Source of the DNA: Cellvibrio sp.
Lineage (GTDB): Bacteria > Pseudomonadota > Gammaproteobacteria > Pseudomonadales > Cellvibrionaceae
Length of the DNA: 64,000 nt
Reading direction: 5' to 3'
NCBI GenBank assembly: GCA_051885175.1
Contig: JBJEWS010000010.1
Location: forward strand, 264,675 to 328,674
The translations under genes and the position numbers were made by a program. Shown here in pieces: positions 9,797-19,668 of the stretch (the stretch's first letter is position 1; the number at the start of each line of letters is the position of its first letter). The notes under the pieces are model-generated. The model was not told the origin of the DNA and ran no database searches. It was given only the letters and a program-made list of their open reading frames with translations.

Positions 9797-10189
9797 CTAC
9801 CGTAATTTTTTGATTCGCTCGGCCGGACTAATCACATCCGTCATTCGAATGCCAAACTTCTCATTCACCACTACCACTTCGCCATGCGCAATCAATGTAC
9901 CGTTGACTAGTACATCAAGAGGCTCCCCAGCTAAACGGTCCAATTCAATGACGGAGCCTTGGTTGAGTTGCAGGAGATTACGAATGGTGATCGAGGTGCG
10001 CCCAACTTCCATCGAAATAGAAACGGGAATATCGAGAATAACGTCCAAGTCTGGTTTGGGTTGCTTCGACGACTGTACTTCACTTTGAATTTGATCGAAG
10101 TCGATTGCGTCGCCTTGCGTCTGCTCTTGTTCAGCTAAAGCAGCGGCCCACTCATCAGCCATCGAATCTTGGTTGATATCATCACTCAT
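9797..10189 (-). CDS. fliN: Flagellar motor switch protein FliN
   Basis: LDVILDIPV and GEVVVVNEKFGIR SpoA domain; start at MSDDIN. Confidence 0.96.
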   Translation of the reverse strand: MSDDINQDSMADEWAAALAEQEQTQGDAIDFDQIQSEVQSSKQPKPDLDVILDIPVSISMEVGRTSITIRNLLQLNQGSVIELDRLAGEPLDVLVNGTLIAHGEVVVVNEKFGIRMTDVISPAERIKKLR

Positions 10190-11198
10190 GCTGATCTCCT
10201 TTTTTAGGTGCACCTGTGCCTGTTACATTGTAAGCACTGCTGCGATCAATAAACTCATTAATTTTAAAAGCCAAATTCCCATTATGTTGACCGATTTCGG
10301 TTCTGAACATGGGAACACCGTTGGCGGTGATCACGTGGTAATCCGGTAATTCAATAGGAATAATATCGCCCGCTTTCAATTCGACAATTTCACGCAGAGT
10401 GATATCGCGGCGAACAATATCGCACTCCAAATCGACACGCGCCGACAACACATCTTCACGTAAAGCTCTTATCCAGCGCTCGTCTTGCTCATCACTATCA
10501 CTTTGAAGACCTGCATCGAGCATTTCGCGAATAGGCTCGATCATCGAGTATGGGACAGTGATATGCATCTCACCACCACCGCCATCTAATTCGATATGAA
10601 AAGTGCTCACCACCACAACTTCACTGGGGCTCACGATGTTCGCCAGTGACGGATTCACCTCTGAATGGACGTACTCAAAATTGATTGGGAAAACCGCCTT
10701 CCAGGCTTCAGCCAAATCGACAAAGGCTTGATTGAGCACCATCTGAACAACGCGCAACTCGGTGGGCGTAAATTCGCGACCTTCAATTTTAGCGTGGCGA
10801 CCATCACCACCAAAAAAGTTATCGACTAATTTAAATACCAGACGCGCGTCTAAAATAATCAGCGCTGTACCACGCAGAGGTCGAAACTTCACCATGTTCA
10901 AACTCGTTGGTACATAAAGCGTGTGCACGTACTCGCCGAACTTTTGGATTTGCACCCCGCCCACCGAAACATCGGCAGTTCGGCGAAGTAAATTAAACAT
11001 ACTGATGCGAGTGTAGCGAGCGAAACGCTCGTTGATCATCTCGAGGGTCGGCATGCGCCCGCGAACAATACGGTCTTGACTGGTGAGATCGTAGGGCCTT
11101 ACCCCACCCGGTTCAAGGTCCGATTCAGTATCGATATCACCATCATCCACACCGTGGAGGAGCGCATCAATTTCGTCTTGCGATAATAAATCTTGCAC
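10182..11198 (-). CDS. fliM: Flagellar motor switch protein FliM
   Basis: LLSQDEIDALL CheY-binding motif; GTG start. Confidence 0.97.
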   Translation of the reverse strand: MQDLLSQDEIDALLHGVDDGDIDTESDLEPGGVRPYDLTSQDRIVRGRMPTLEMINERFARYTRISMFNLLRRTADVSVGGVQIQKFGEYVHTLYVPTSLNMVKFRPLRGTALIILDARLVFKLVDNFFGGDGRHAKIEGREFTPTELRVVQMVLNQAFVDLAEAWKAVFPINFEYVHSEVNPSLANIVSPSEVVVVSTFHIELDGGGGEMHITVPYSMIEPIREMLDAGLQSDSDEQDERWIRALREDVLSARVDLECDIVRRDITLREIVELKAGDIIPIELPDYHVITANGVPMFRTEIGQHNGNLAFKINEFIDRSSAYNVTGTGAPKKGDQHE

Positions 11199-11211
11199 GT
11201 TTGAGCCCTAT

Positions 11212-11745
11212 TTATTGCATCACAAAGTTAGTAAAAAGCACCTGCTCAATAGTGGCAGATCCCGTAGGAGTGGGTTGTGATTTTGTCAGCAGCGCATTCT
11301 CGACCCGTAAAATTTCGGAAATCGCATCGTGAATCTCCTTGCGCAATGCGTCTTTACCCTGCACCGTATGAAGCGACTCAAAATTCTGCTTATTTAAGAG
11401 TTTCACAATACTGTTACGAATCGCTGGCAAATGCAGGCCTAACTGCTGCTCAAGGTTAGGATCGCGAAACATCAAACTGATTTCGGCCTGAAGGTAGCGC
11501 TGACGGCCATTCACGTTAAAGTTCACGATGAAACTGGGAGTCAAGGTCATGTAGATCGCGGGCATAGCAGATGCCGACTGCGCCGCATCTCGATTACCCG
11601 ACGACTTATTAAAGAAATCTGTGGCCCATAAGGTTGCAACTACGCTCACGAGCACCAAGGCCACGCCACCTGCTATTAGCATTGCGAGATTCTTTTTAGA
11701 GAATTTACCCGTTCCCGATTGTTGATTGGCTTGCTCATCTGCCAT
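11212..11745 (-). CDS. fliL: Flagellar protein FliL
   Basis: Single TM; FIVNF...RYLQ; LFTNFVMQ C-terminus. Confidence 0.93.
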   Translation of the reverse strand: MADEQANQQSGTGKFSKKNLAMLIAGGVALVLVSVVATLWATDFFNKSSGNRDAAQSASAMPAIYMTLTPSFIVNFNVNGRQRYLQAEISLMFRDPNLEQQLGLHLPAIRNSIVKLLNKQNFESLHTVQGKDALRKEIHDAISEILRVENALLTKSQPTPTGSATIEQVLFTNFVMQ

Positions 11746-11784
11746 GTCAAAACTCCGTCAGTTTTGTTGCGCCTAACCACAAGT

Positions 11785-11800
11785 AGCAATACTCATGCCG
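11785..11800 (-). promoter_or_regulatory. Sigma54 -24/-12 promoter of fliL-flhB
   Basis: Minus strand CGGCAT-GAGTA-TTGCT (GG-N10-GC). Confidence 0.8.
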
Positions 11801-11835
11801 AATGATCGACAGCGCCAACTTATTCACAGCGATCA

Positions 11836-11849
11836 ATCAATAATATGAC
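11836..11849. promoter_or_regulatory. Candidate FleQ site upstream of fliL
   Basis: ATCAATAATATGAC, 11/14 match to the Pseudomonas FleQ consensus GTCAATAAATTGAC. Confidence 0.5.
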
Positions 11850-11894
11850 GGAATTCTAAAGGCAATTAGCAGAAGATGGGCTTTTATTTGAAAT

Positions 11895-11927
11895 AAAAAA
11901 ACGCCTCTAATGATCGAGGCGTTTTTT
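11895..11927 (-). terminator. Terminator after fliK
   Basis: AAAAAACGCCTC-N8-GAGGCGTTTTTT. Confidence 0.8.
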
Positions 11928-11948
11928 AGGTGGTCGGCGCTTAACTAG

Positions 11949-13229
11949 TTAAACGTAGTGATCAACCAAATTCAGTGATGAAACGGGCGATTGTGCGATA
12001 ACCATTACATCATCTGGCTCAGGAACGTCTGTCTCACCCTCACCTTCATCAGAACTCTTCTCCTGCTGACGACGGTCTGATACATCCACCTCGACATGGT
12101 TCATCCCTTGTTCGGCGAGCATTTCCCGTAAACGAGTCGCTTGCGAATCCAATGCCTCTCGCACCGCTGCATGAGGACTGACAAAACTCACATGCGCTTG
12201 ATCATTTTGTACGGAAACTCTTACCTGAAGGCTCCCAAGCTCGGGCGGATCCAACCGAATCTCCGCAAATTTCAAATTTTGAGCCGCCATGAATAATACT
12301 TTTTCGCCAACTTCGTTATCCCAGCCTGGTTGCCCAAAAGATTGATTAAATGCCAAAGCCGCCATATTTGGCCGCTGAGCGGCGGTAGCCGTCTCCACGC
12401 CTTTAATGGCATTGGCGGATAAGGCAGTCGTGACCGCTTCGCCTTCTGTAGTAGAAAGCTCACCTGCAACGGCCGAGAGCGCTTGAGCAAACGCCTCACC
12501 CTCTACAAGAGACGCGCCTTCAGTACCACTTAATAAACCAGCCGCCAGATCGGTTTTCAGCGCCAAGGGGGATACGGATTCACCTAAACCTGTTGTCTGC
12601 ATTGTAGGAAGGCTTGTCAAAAGTGCCGCCCCCGAAGCAGCAACAGGAGTGAGTGCGTGGCGAGAATCTCGCAGATTGGAAAGAAACGTGACCGATGATT
12701 CTTCGGTATCAATTAATGCCCCATTTTCAAATTGCATAGAAGCGAGTGCTGAGAGATTAGACTCTGTGCTAGTGGGAATATTCGCAGAACTCGAGCCAGT
12801 CGCTTGGGCTGCTATTGGATTTAAAAACGTGCCCTGCAATGCGCCCTCTGGGCCGGAGACAGCTCCCCTCTCACCGATTTGAATTAAATTAGCATCAACT
12901 TGATCTATTGACAAACTCGCCTCGACGATCAGAACGTCTGATTCTGACTGGATATCCTGTGACGCTGAATTGGAGAGTTCGTCGTATGATGGGGCGCCTG
13001 CGACTTCGGCAGATGCAGCCTCCTTCTTAACCTCTGTAGATGTACCTGAAGATTTAACCGCTGACTCTGACTTAGCCGTGATGTCCTCGTTTTTCGCGGC
13101 TTTTAGCACCTTACGAAAATCACCACTGCCGCCCAAACTTTCGCGAGCCGTATCACTACCTTGTGATGCCACCGAGCCAGAATCTAAAACCGATGTGAAT
13201 GAACTGACCGATTGAGCTGGTGCCAACAT
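11949..13229 (-). CDS. fliK: Flagellar hook-length control protein FliK
   Basis: Low-complexity S/A-rich body; C-terminal AEIRLDPPELGSLQVRV domain. Confidence 0.93.
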   Translation of the reverse strand: MLAPAQSVSSFTSVLDSGSVASQGSDTARESLGGSGDFRKVLKAAKNEDITAKSESAVKSSGTSTEVKKEAASAEVAGAPSYDELSNSASQDIQSESDVLIVEASLSIDQVDANLIQIGERGAVSGPEGALQGTFLNPIAAQATGSSSANIPTSTESNLSALASMQFENGALIDTEESSVTFLSNLRDSRHALTPVAASGAALLTSLPTMQTTGLGESVSPLALKTDLAAGLLSGTEGASLVEGEAFAQALSAVAGELSTTEGEAVTTALSANAIKGVETATAAQRPNMAALAFNQSFGQPGWDNEVGEKVLFMAAQNLKFAEIRLDPPELGSLQVRVSVQNDQAHVSFVSPHAAVREALDSQATRLREMLAEQGMNHVEVDVSDRRQQEKSSDEGEGETDVPEPDDVMVIAQSPVSSLNLVDHYV

Positions 13230-13338
13230 AATTTCTCGCCTCGAAAGCCGCTAAAAGCGGCAAGCCATTACCGCTATCGCTAAAAATCAACCCAGAATTG
13301 CCGCTCAACGTGGCAAATCGAACTATTGATAGAGATAA

Positions 13339-13354
13339 AGCAAAACGAGTGCCA
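13339..13354 (-). promoter_or_regulatory. Sigma54 promoter of fliK
   Basis: Minus strand TGGCAC-TCGTT-TTGCT, essentially consensus. Confidence 0.85.
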
Positions 13355-13358
13355 CAGA

Positions 13359-13694
13359 TCACACCAAAGAAAAAAGGGTGGACTTCACCATCTGGAATTG
13401 TGGTTTGAGGGGCTCGACCAGCCGTTGCAACTCAGTGAGTCGCCCTTCAATAATCGCCGTTTCCGCGTTCGCGCACAAATCAGCAAATATCTCGGCTCCA
13501 ATATTCAAACTACTCCCTTTCAATCCATGCAGAATGCGTCGTACATTATCCATGTCGTTCCGATTCATAAACGCATTCAACTCAGCTAAACGGAACTCGG
13601 CATCCTTTAGGTAGGTAAATACCAATTTAGAGAAATCAGGACCCATAATTTCACGCAAGTTTTCAAGCATTTCCATATTCACTATTTTTTTCAT
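13359..13694 (-). CDS. hptB: Stand-alone Hpt phosphotransfer protein (HptB-like)
   Basis: LHGLKGSSLNIGA Hpt motif; same position as Pseudomonas hptB; start uncertain (13694 or 13709). Confidence 0.85.
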   Translation of the reverse strand: MKKIVNMEMLENLREIMGPDFSKLVFTYLKDAEFRLAELNAFMNRNDMDNVRRILHGLKGSSLNIGAEIFADLCANAETAIIEGRLTELQRLVEPLKPQFQMVKSTLFSLV

Positions 13695-13718
13695 TCGTCC
13701 TAGTACCACTTGGAGATG

Positions 13719-15458
13719 CTAATCAACTGTCGACCACAAAAAAGTCGCCTCTACCCTATTACCACTACCTAAAAACTCTAATGTATGGCAAAGACTATTC
13801 ACCAACATCAGTCCTCGCCCAGCGTAACCTTGATGCCTTGATGATTTTCCTATATTGACTAAAATTCGAGAAACATCAAAGCCTTCACCCGAATCCTCGA
13901 CAGAAATTTTCAACTCGCCAAGCTCACCTTTTATTCGCACCGAAAACGACACTTTAATTCCGCCGGAGGTGAGCTGCTGTAGCCGCTCTTGTTTGAGTTC
14001 GTAATAGCGTCTGAATCCATCAGGCTCTGACTTTAATTTAGAGTCTAAATTTAAAACACCGTGCTCAAGCGCATTCGTGTATAGCTCCGATGTAATCGCA
14101 AACACTTCAGCTTGATGATTGCGTAAATTTTTAAACTCCATAAGTCCATTCACCATAATGGACAAAGGATCAACCTCGGCAAGACTCGTGTAATCAATAT
14201 GGAGTGATGAATTCCAAAACGACTCGGCAGCCGACGTCAATTTGATGGCTTTTCGCTCAGGCAAACAGGTTTTAGGTAAAGAGTCTCCAATCGCAATTTC
14301 GATAAGCGAGACATCATCGGTTTTCTCTTCGCAAGAAAAATCGTTAACGCCTTTCAATATCTCATCAAAAATATTTTCTTCTGCTTTGTATTCGCGAAAA
14401 ATATTCCATAGAGCTTGCTCGCCAAACATGTCACCCTGAGAATTAGTGACCTCGTGAACTCCATCTGTCCAAAGAAATATTCTATCGCCAGCGGATAGCT
14501 TAATCTTTTCTGTTTTGGTTTTTAAATGCCGATTATCGACAATACCCAATGGCAAATGCGATGACTCTAATTTTCGCAATTCTTTGGTTGAGGTGTTAAA
14601 CACCGCTGCATCCGGAATACCGCCATTCCAGTAATAGAGTTCTTTTTTTCTAAAATTAATTTCAACAATAATTGCACAACAAAAATTACTTACCGGAAGA
14701 ATGCTTTTTAATTTCCGGTTTAACTCAAATAGGATATCGGAGATACCAAAGCCTTTTGGAATCATCGCGTAGAACGTTGAGGCCAGTGGCATTGCGCCAA
14801 TCGCCGCCGACAACCCGTGCCCAGTAAAATCCCCTAATAAAACCACCATATTGCCATTAGGTCGGCAGGACGCGACAACTATATCCCCATTAAAGATGGC
14901 GAGAGGCGAAAGAAAATAACGAACGTTTTCTGTATCCAAACCGCCAATATGTGCAATTTTATCGAAAACTGTCTTGGCGACCATTTGGTCGTGCATCAGC
15001 CGTTCGTTATGTTTCTGAATAACGTCTTTTTGCTGGACAACAGTTTTTTGTAAATTGCGAAGGCGATTTAACGCATTAATCTTAGAGTTGAGAACAATAC
15101 GATTGTACGGCTTAGACAAAAAATCGTCGCCGCCGGCATCTAGCCCTTTAACGAGAGAAGTTGTATCGGTGAGAGATGTTAAAAATATAATGGGAACAAA
15201 TTCTGTCCCAGCCATTTCTTTAATAATTTTTGCAGTTTCGAAGCCGTCTCGCTTCGGCATAACCACATCAAGAATGACAATATCTGGCTGGTATTTTTGG
15301 TAGAGCTCAACTGCTTGGAAACCATCTTGAGCTTCAATAATTCTGTGCCCTACACGTGTCAATATTGTCGATAGAATAAGCAGATCCGATTCTGCATCAT
15401 CAGCAACCAATATTGTCAATCGCTCACTCGGCTGGCTGCTAATGTCGAGAGAGTTCAT
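13719..15458 (-). CDS. hsbR: REC-PP2C phosphatase-Ser kinase protein (HsbR-like)
   Basis: REC (ILDVVMP), PP2C (GDFTGHG, WTDG, DDVS) and anti-sigma kinase (ELYTNALEHG, EDSGEGF, GRGL) motifs. Confidence 0.88.
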   Translation of the reverse strand: MNSLDISSQPSERLTILVADDAESDLLILSTILTRVGHRIIEAQDGFQAVELYQKYQPDIVILDVVMPKRDGFETAKIIKEMAGTEFVPIIFLTSLTDTTSLVKGLDAGGDDFLSKPYNRIVLNSKINALNRLRNLQKTVVQQKDVIQKHNERLMHDQMVAKTVFDKIAHIGGLDTENVRYFLSPLAIFNGDIVVASCRPNGNMVVLLGDFTGHGLSAAIGAMPLASTFYAMIPKGFGISDILFELNRKLKSILPVSNFCCAIIVEINFRKKELYYWNGGIPDAAVFNTSTKELRKLESSHLPLGIVDNRHLKTKTEKIKLSAGDRIFLWTDGVHEVTNSQGDMFGEQALWNIFREYKAEENIFDEILKGVNDFSCEEKTDDVSLIEIAIGDSLPKTCLPERKAIKLTSAAESFWNSSLHIDYTSLAEVDPLSIMVNGLMEFKNLRNHQAEVFAITSELYTNALEHGVLNLDSKLKSEPDGFRRYYELKQERLQQLTSGGIKVSFSVRIKGELGELKISVEDSGEGFDVSRILVNIGKSSRHQGYAGRGLMLVNSLCHTLEFLGSGNRVEATFLWSTVD

Positions 15459-15464
15459 AAGGCT

Positions 15465-15770
15465 CTACTGAATAGCGAATAGTTGATTAAAGTTAGAGAT
15501 GGTTAGAATTTTTCTTACATCATCGGAAACATTTTTAAGTGTAATTTGTGTATTCGCATCGCCGGTGTAATCGCGAAGCAACAACAACATACCCAGTGCA
15601 GAACTATCTAAATAGGTAGCATTGTGGAGATCAATTACGATCGACCTTGGCACCTCGGGCAAGTTTTCGTATGCATCCCGGAAACTCTGATGACAACTGA
15701 AATCAAATCGATCCTCGACTGTGATAACTAAGTGAGACTCAGCTTTATCAAAATGTGAAGATATTCCCAT
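15465..15770 (-). CDS. hsbA: STAS anti-anti-sigma factor (HsbA-like)
   Basis: YLDSSALGMLL phosphoserine motif; start at MGISS after RBS GAGGAA. Confidence 0.88.
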   Translation of the reverse strand: MGISSHFDKAESHLVITVEDRFDFSCHQSFRDAYENLPEVPRSIVIDLHNATYLDSSALGMLLLLRDYTGDANTQITLKNVSDDVRKILTISNFNQLFAIQ

Positions 15771-15897
15771 AATTTCCTCTGCAGTCGTCTGTCGTCTTCT
15801 TATGCTGTTTCCTTCCAAACATAAGACACGAAAATAATTAAAGAATAATTTTCATATTAATGAACAAGCCTATGGGAGATACTAATGAATAGCAAGA

Positions 15898-16350
15898 TCA
15901 GCCGTCATCTTTTTGGCGCGAGAATCTTTGAGTGGTTAAATCATCAATCTCTTTTTGTAATTTTTTGTCAATTGCTAGTTGTTCTTCAACTTTGTAACGC
16001 TCTATTAAGTCAGCGATGGATTTCCTTTTTTGATACAACTGCTGCCAGACCGTCTGCGCCTTCACAACAACACGTTCAGCCCGCTCCACCTTCTGAGATT
16101 GCTCTAGCTTTAACTGATCGATACGTTGAATAAAACTCGAATAATTAATTAACTGTTGAGCATTGCGCGGTGCGCTACTCACTGAATAATCGGCAAGATA
16201 CTGATTGCGATAGTCATCAAGTTGCTGTAACTGTTCTTGCTCGATCAACAATTGTTGGCGCGCTATATTTAACGATTGAGCAGCGTTCTCTTCTTCTTTC
16301 TGCGCAAGATTTAACACTATCGCCATGCGCGATGAACGAGTCTGCGCCAT
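15898..16350 (-). CDS. fliJ: Flagellar export chaperone FliJ
   Basis: Coiled coil with QLDDYRNQY and QKEIDD; follows fliI. Confidence 0.92.
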   Translation of the reverse strand: MAQTRSSRMAIVLNLAQKEEENAAQSLNIARQQLLIEQEQLQQLDDYRNQYLADYSVSSAPRNAQQLINYSSFIQRIDQLKLEQSQKVERAERVVVKAQTVWQQLYQKRKSIADLIERYKVEEQLAIDKKLQKEIDDLTTQRFSRQKDDG

Positions 16351-16353
16351 CGA

Positions 16354-17724
16354 TTACGCTCGATTATGTTGAGCCGCCAGAGGGCTAGGATTTTTAGCGG
16401 GCGGCTTAAGGATGTTTTTGAGGTTTGCAATCGACTCACCCATGGGGACCGCTTGGCGCATACTTTGCTGAATAAACGCACGCAGATGGGGATAGCGATC
16501 AATCGCAAAATCGGTTTCGGGATCAGCGCCCGGTGAATAGGCCCCAATCGCGATAAGATCTTTGTTTTGCTGATAACGTGATGACAGCTGTTTAAATCGC
16601 TGCATTAATTTCACGTGATCTTCGTCGACGATATTTTGCATTGCACGGCTAATGGATGCTTCGACATCAATCGCGGGATAAATTCCTTCTTCTGCAATCT
16701 TACGAGACAAAACAACGTGACCATCGAGAATCGCACGAGCTGAATCGGCAATAGGATCTTGCAGATCGTCGCCTTCAGTTAACACTGTGTAGAAGGCTGT
16801 AATTGAACCACCACCCTCTTCACCATTACCGGCGCGTTCAACCAATTCAGGTATTTTTGAAAATACGGAAGGCGGATATCCTTTGGTCGCAGGCGGCTCG
16901 CCAATTGCCAATGCTATCTCCCGTTGCGCCTGCGCATAGCGCGTCAAAGAGTCCATTAGCAATAAAACATTTTTACCCTGATCGCGATAATATTCGGCGA
17001 TCCGACTACTTAATTGCGATGCCCTAAGACGCATTAAAGGCGCATCATCGGCAGGCGATGCAACCACCACTGCTCGCTTTAATCCTTCTTCACCCAGAAT
17101 ATGATCAATGAATTCTTTAACTTCTCGACCACGCTCACCGATGAGACCGACCACGACCACATCAGCGGTTGTGAATTTTGTCATCATACCCATGAGCACA
17201 CTTTTACCCACCCCTGAACCTGCCATGAGTCCTAGACGCTGTCCGCGCCCCACCGTGATTAGAGCATTAATCGCTCGAATCCCAACATCGAGTGTGGTCT
17301 TAATAGGGTCGCGCTTAAGAGGATTAATTTCACTCGGGGTAAAATCTAAAAAATCTTTCCCTTTTAATGCGCCTTTACCATCGATGGGCTGACCAATACC
17401 GTTTACAACTCGGCCTAATAATTCTGGCCCAATGCGCATTCCTGCCTGACGAGCCATAGGTACAACGGGAACACCCGGCGATAACCCTTCCACACGTTTG
17501 ACAGGCATGAGATAAACTTTTTCACCAGAAAAGCCGACCACCTCAGCTTCAATTTTCCGACCATCGTCGTTCAAAATTTGGCACTGACTACCCACACTTA
17601 CTTTGAGACCAACTGCTTCCAGCGTTAATCCAACCGCGCGCGTAATACGGCCTTCCGATTGAGGCGTAATCGGGCAAATCCCAGTTGGAATATAAGGAGT
17701 TAAACGGTTAAGTAAATCAGACAT
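16354..17724 (-). CDS. fliI: Flagellar export ATPase FliI
   Basis: Walker A AGSGVGKS; DSLTRYAQAQREI; GEPPATKGYPPS. Confidence 0.97.
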   Translation of the reverse strand: MSDLLNRLTPYIPTGICPITPQSEGRITRAVGLTLEAVGLKVSVGSQCQILNDDGRKIEAEVVGFSGEKVYLMPVKRVEGLSPGVPVVPMARQAGMRIGPELLGRVVNGIGQPIDGKGALKGKDFLDFTPSEINPLKRDPIKTTLDVGIRAINALITVGRGQRLGLMAGSGVGKSVLMGMMTKFTTADVVVVGLIGERGREVKEFIDHILGEEGLKRAVVVASPADDAPLMRLRASQLSSRIAEYYRDQGKNVLLLMDSLTRYAQAQREIALAIGEPPATKGYPPSVFSKIPELVERAGNGEEGGGSITAFYTVLTEGDDLQDPIADSARAILDGHVVLSRKIAEEGIYPAIDVEASISRAMQNIVDEDHVKLMQRFKQLSSRYQQNKDLIAIGAYSPGADPETDFAIDRYPHLRAFIQQSMRQAVPMGESIANLKNILKPPAKNPSPLAAQHNRA

Positions 17725-18622
17725 CAGGCTGCGCTCGCGGTGACAAAGTTACATCATCCAACCCAAACGCTGATAGAGGAGACTCTTGCTCTTCAGCTTC
17801 GAAAGTTACTTCATCATCTTGATTGTCACTTGTTTCAAGCGGCGGCAAGCTAGAGAGCTGCTTGGTGATAAATTGTTGCAGAACATGCTTTAAACGAAGC
17901 TCCACCGATTGATCGACTCGGCTTTCTAGCGTTTCAACACGAACTCCGCCTTCGGTTAATTGCTGATCCGGAATAATGTTCCAAGTCAAATTGTTGTCGG
18001 CGGCGTAGTTTTGTAAAAGCTCTGCATCTTTGGGGTTAACGTAAACTGATAACTGCTGATGCCCTACCGGCAATGCATCGATCGCCTCTTTCGCCAAAGC
18101 AATGATGTGTCGACGATCAATTTGCAGCTCTCGAGTAATCACGCTCTGTGTCATGAGCGCAATACTTTTAACGATCATCGCCTCGAGCGCATCCGTTTGC
18201 TGGGCAAGCGGCGCCTCGAGTGCATCTGCTAGTTTGCGAAGGCGTAACTGTTCGTCAACCAATTGCGCTTTAAATTCAGCATAGGCTTGCAAACGCCCTT
18301 CTTCGTAACCTTCGGTGCGCCCTTTTTGATGCCCGTCGTGATAGCCTTTATCGAAACCTTCTTTTTCTGCCGACGCCACTATTTGCTCAAGCTCTTCGGC
18401 AGTAGGTCCAGTATTGTTAATGAGCGAGCGTGAATCGATTTCGACAACCGACACAGATTCGGTTTTCGCGCGATCTTCAGCGGCTTTGCGCTCGCGTTCT
18501 TCTTTTTCAAACGAGGGCAAAACATTGGCATTTTTGCCAATCACCGGCAACATCCAAGGCACAGCCGATCCGGCTTGCTCCGCGGGAATTTTGTCCCAAG
18601 TTGATTTATCTTTCATAGGCAC
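17717..18622 (-). CDS. fliH: Flagellar assembly protein FliH
   Basis: GxxxG repeats (GFDKGYHDGHQKGRTEGYEEG); position between fliG and fliI. Confidence 0.92.
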   Translation of the reverse strand: MPMKDKSTWDKIPAEQAGSAVPWMLPVIGKNANVLPSFEKEERERKAAEDRAKTESVSVVEIDSRSLINNTGPTAEELEQIVASAEKEGFDKGYHDGHQKGRTEGYEEGRLQAYAEFKAQLVDEQLRLRKLADALEAPLAQQTDALEAMIVKSIALMTQSVITRELQIDRRHIIALAKEAIDALPVGHQQLSVYVNPKDAELLQNYAADNNLTWNIIPDQQLTEGGVRVETLESRVDQSVELRLKHVLQQFITKQLSSLPPLETSDNQDDEVTFEAEEQESPLSAFGLDDVTLSPRAQPDV

Positions 18623-18642
18623 GGCCGTTTACTCATCTTAGG

Positions 18643-19668
18643 TTAGAGCATTTGCTCGCCAGAGCCACCAAGAATAATTTCGCCAGCATCTGCCATTCGA
18701 CGTGCGGTAACCAAAATTTCTTTTTGCGCGGCTTCCACATCGGCCAAACGCATTGGCGGTTTGGTTTCAAGATCATCACGCAACAATTCTGCAGCACGCT
18801 TCGACATATTTTTGAAGATTTTTTCTTTCAAATTGTCATCGGCGCCTTTAAGCGCGATTACCAATACTTCAGACGAAATTTCACGCAACAGCGCTTGAAT
18901 ACCGCGATCATCAACATCGACAAGATTGTCGAATACAAACATAAGGTCTTGGATTTGGTTACCCATATCTTCATCGATACGTTTAATTCCATCCATGAGT
19001 TCAGCTTCAACCGATCCTTCTAGGTTGTTCATGATCTCAGCCGCAACTTTATAACCACCCATGGTTTTTGTTTGCGATGAGGCTGAGCCCGAGAATTGCT
19101 TCTCAAGAATATCGTTAAGTTCTTGCAAGGCCGTCGGCTGAACCGTATCGAGTGAAGCGACTCGCATCATAATGTCGAGCCGTACTTTTTCAGTAAAGTA
19201 AGAGAGAATCTCGGCGGATTGATCCGCGTCGAGATAGGCAATCACAATTGCCTGAATTTGCGGATGTTCGTTGCGAATAATATCGGCAACCGAGCGCGCA
19301 TCCATCCATTTAAGAGTATCTAATCCAGTGGTATTACCGCCCAACAAAATTCGGTCGATTAGACCATTGGCTTTATCTTCTCCCAATGCGGTGATGAGCA
19401 TTTTGCGAATGTAGTTATCCGCACCCATACCAAGGCCTGTGAGGTTGCTCACTTCTTCTAAAAAATTGCCCATCACGAATTGCACATCCGATTGCTGGAC
19501 GTTTTGCAATTGCGTCATAGCCGCGCCGATTCGCTGAACTTCTTTGGGGCCCATGTGTTTTAAAATTTCGGCAGCATCTTGCTCACCAAGCGACATCAGC
19601 AAAATAGCCGCTTGATCGACGTGCCGCATTTTAGGCGGCGCCGCTTGTTTATTTTTTGCATCAGTCAT
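18643..19668 (-). CDS. fliG: Flagellar motor switch protein FliG
   Basis: AAILLMSLGE, EHPQ, MFVFDNL and NMSKRAA motifs. Confidence 0.97.
   Translation of the reverse strand: MTDAKNKQAAPPKMRHVDQAAILLMSLGEQDAAEILKHMGPKEVQRIGAAMTQLQNVQQSDVQFVMGNFLEEVSNLTGLGMGADNYIRKMLITALGEDKANGLIDRILLGGNTTGLDTLKWMDARSVADIIRNEHPQIQAIVIAYLDADQSAEILSYFTEKVRLDIMMRVASLDTVQPTALQELNDILEKQFSGSASSQTKTMGGYKVAAEIMNNLEGSVEAELMDGIKRIDEDMGNQIQDLMFVFDNLVDVDDRGIQALLREISSEVLVIALKGADDNLKEKIFKNMSKRAAELLRDDLETKPPMRLADVEAAQKEILVTARRMADAGEIILGGSGEQML

Noticed and set aside
11949-13229. Low-complexity stretches in fliK and the rne CTD as tandem repeats
   Set aside because: Compositional bias typical of these proteins; no discrete DNA repeat unit
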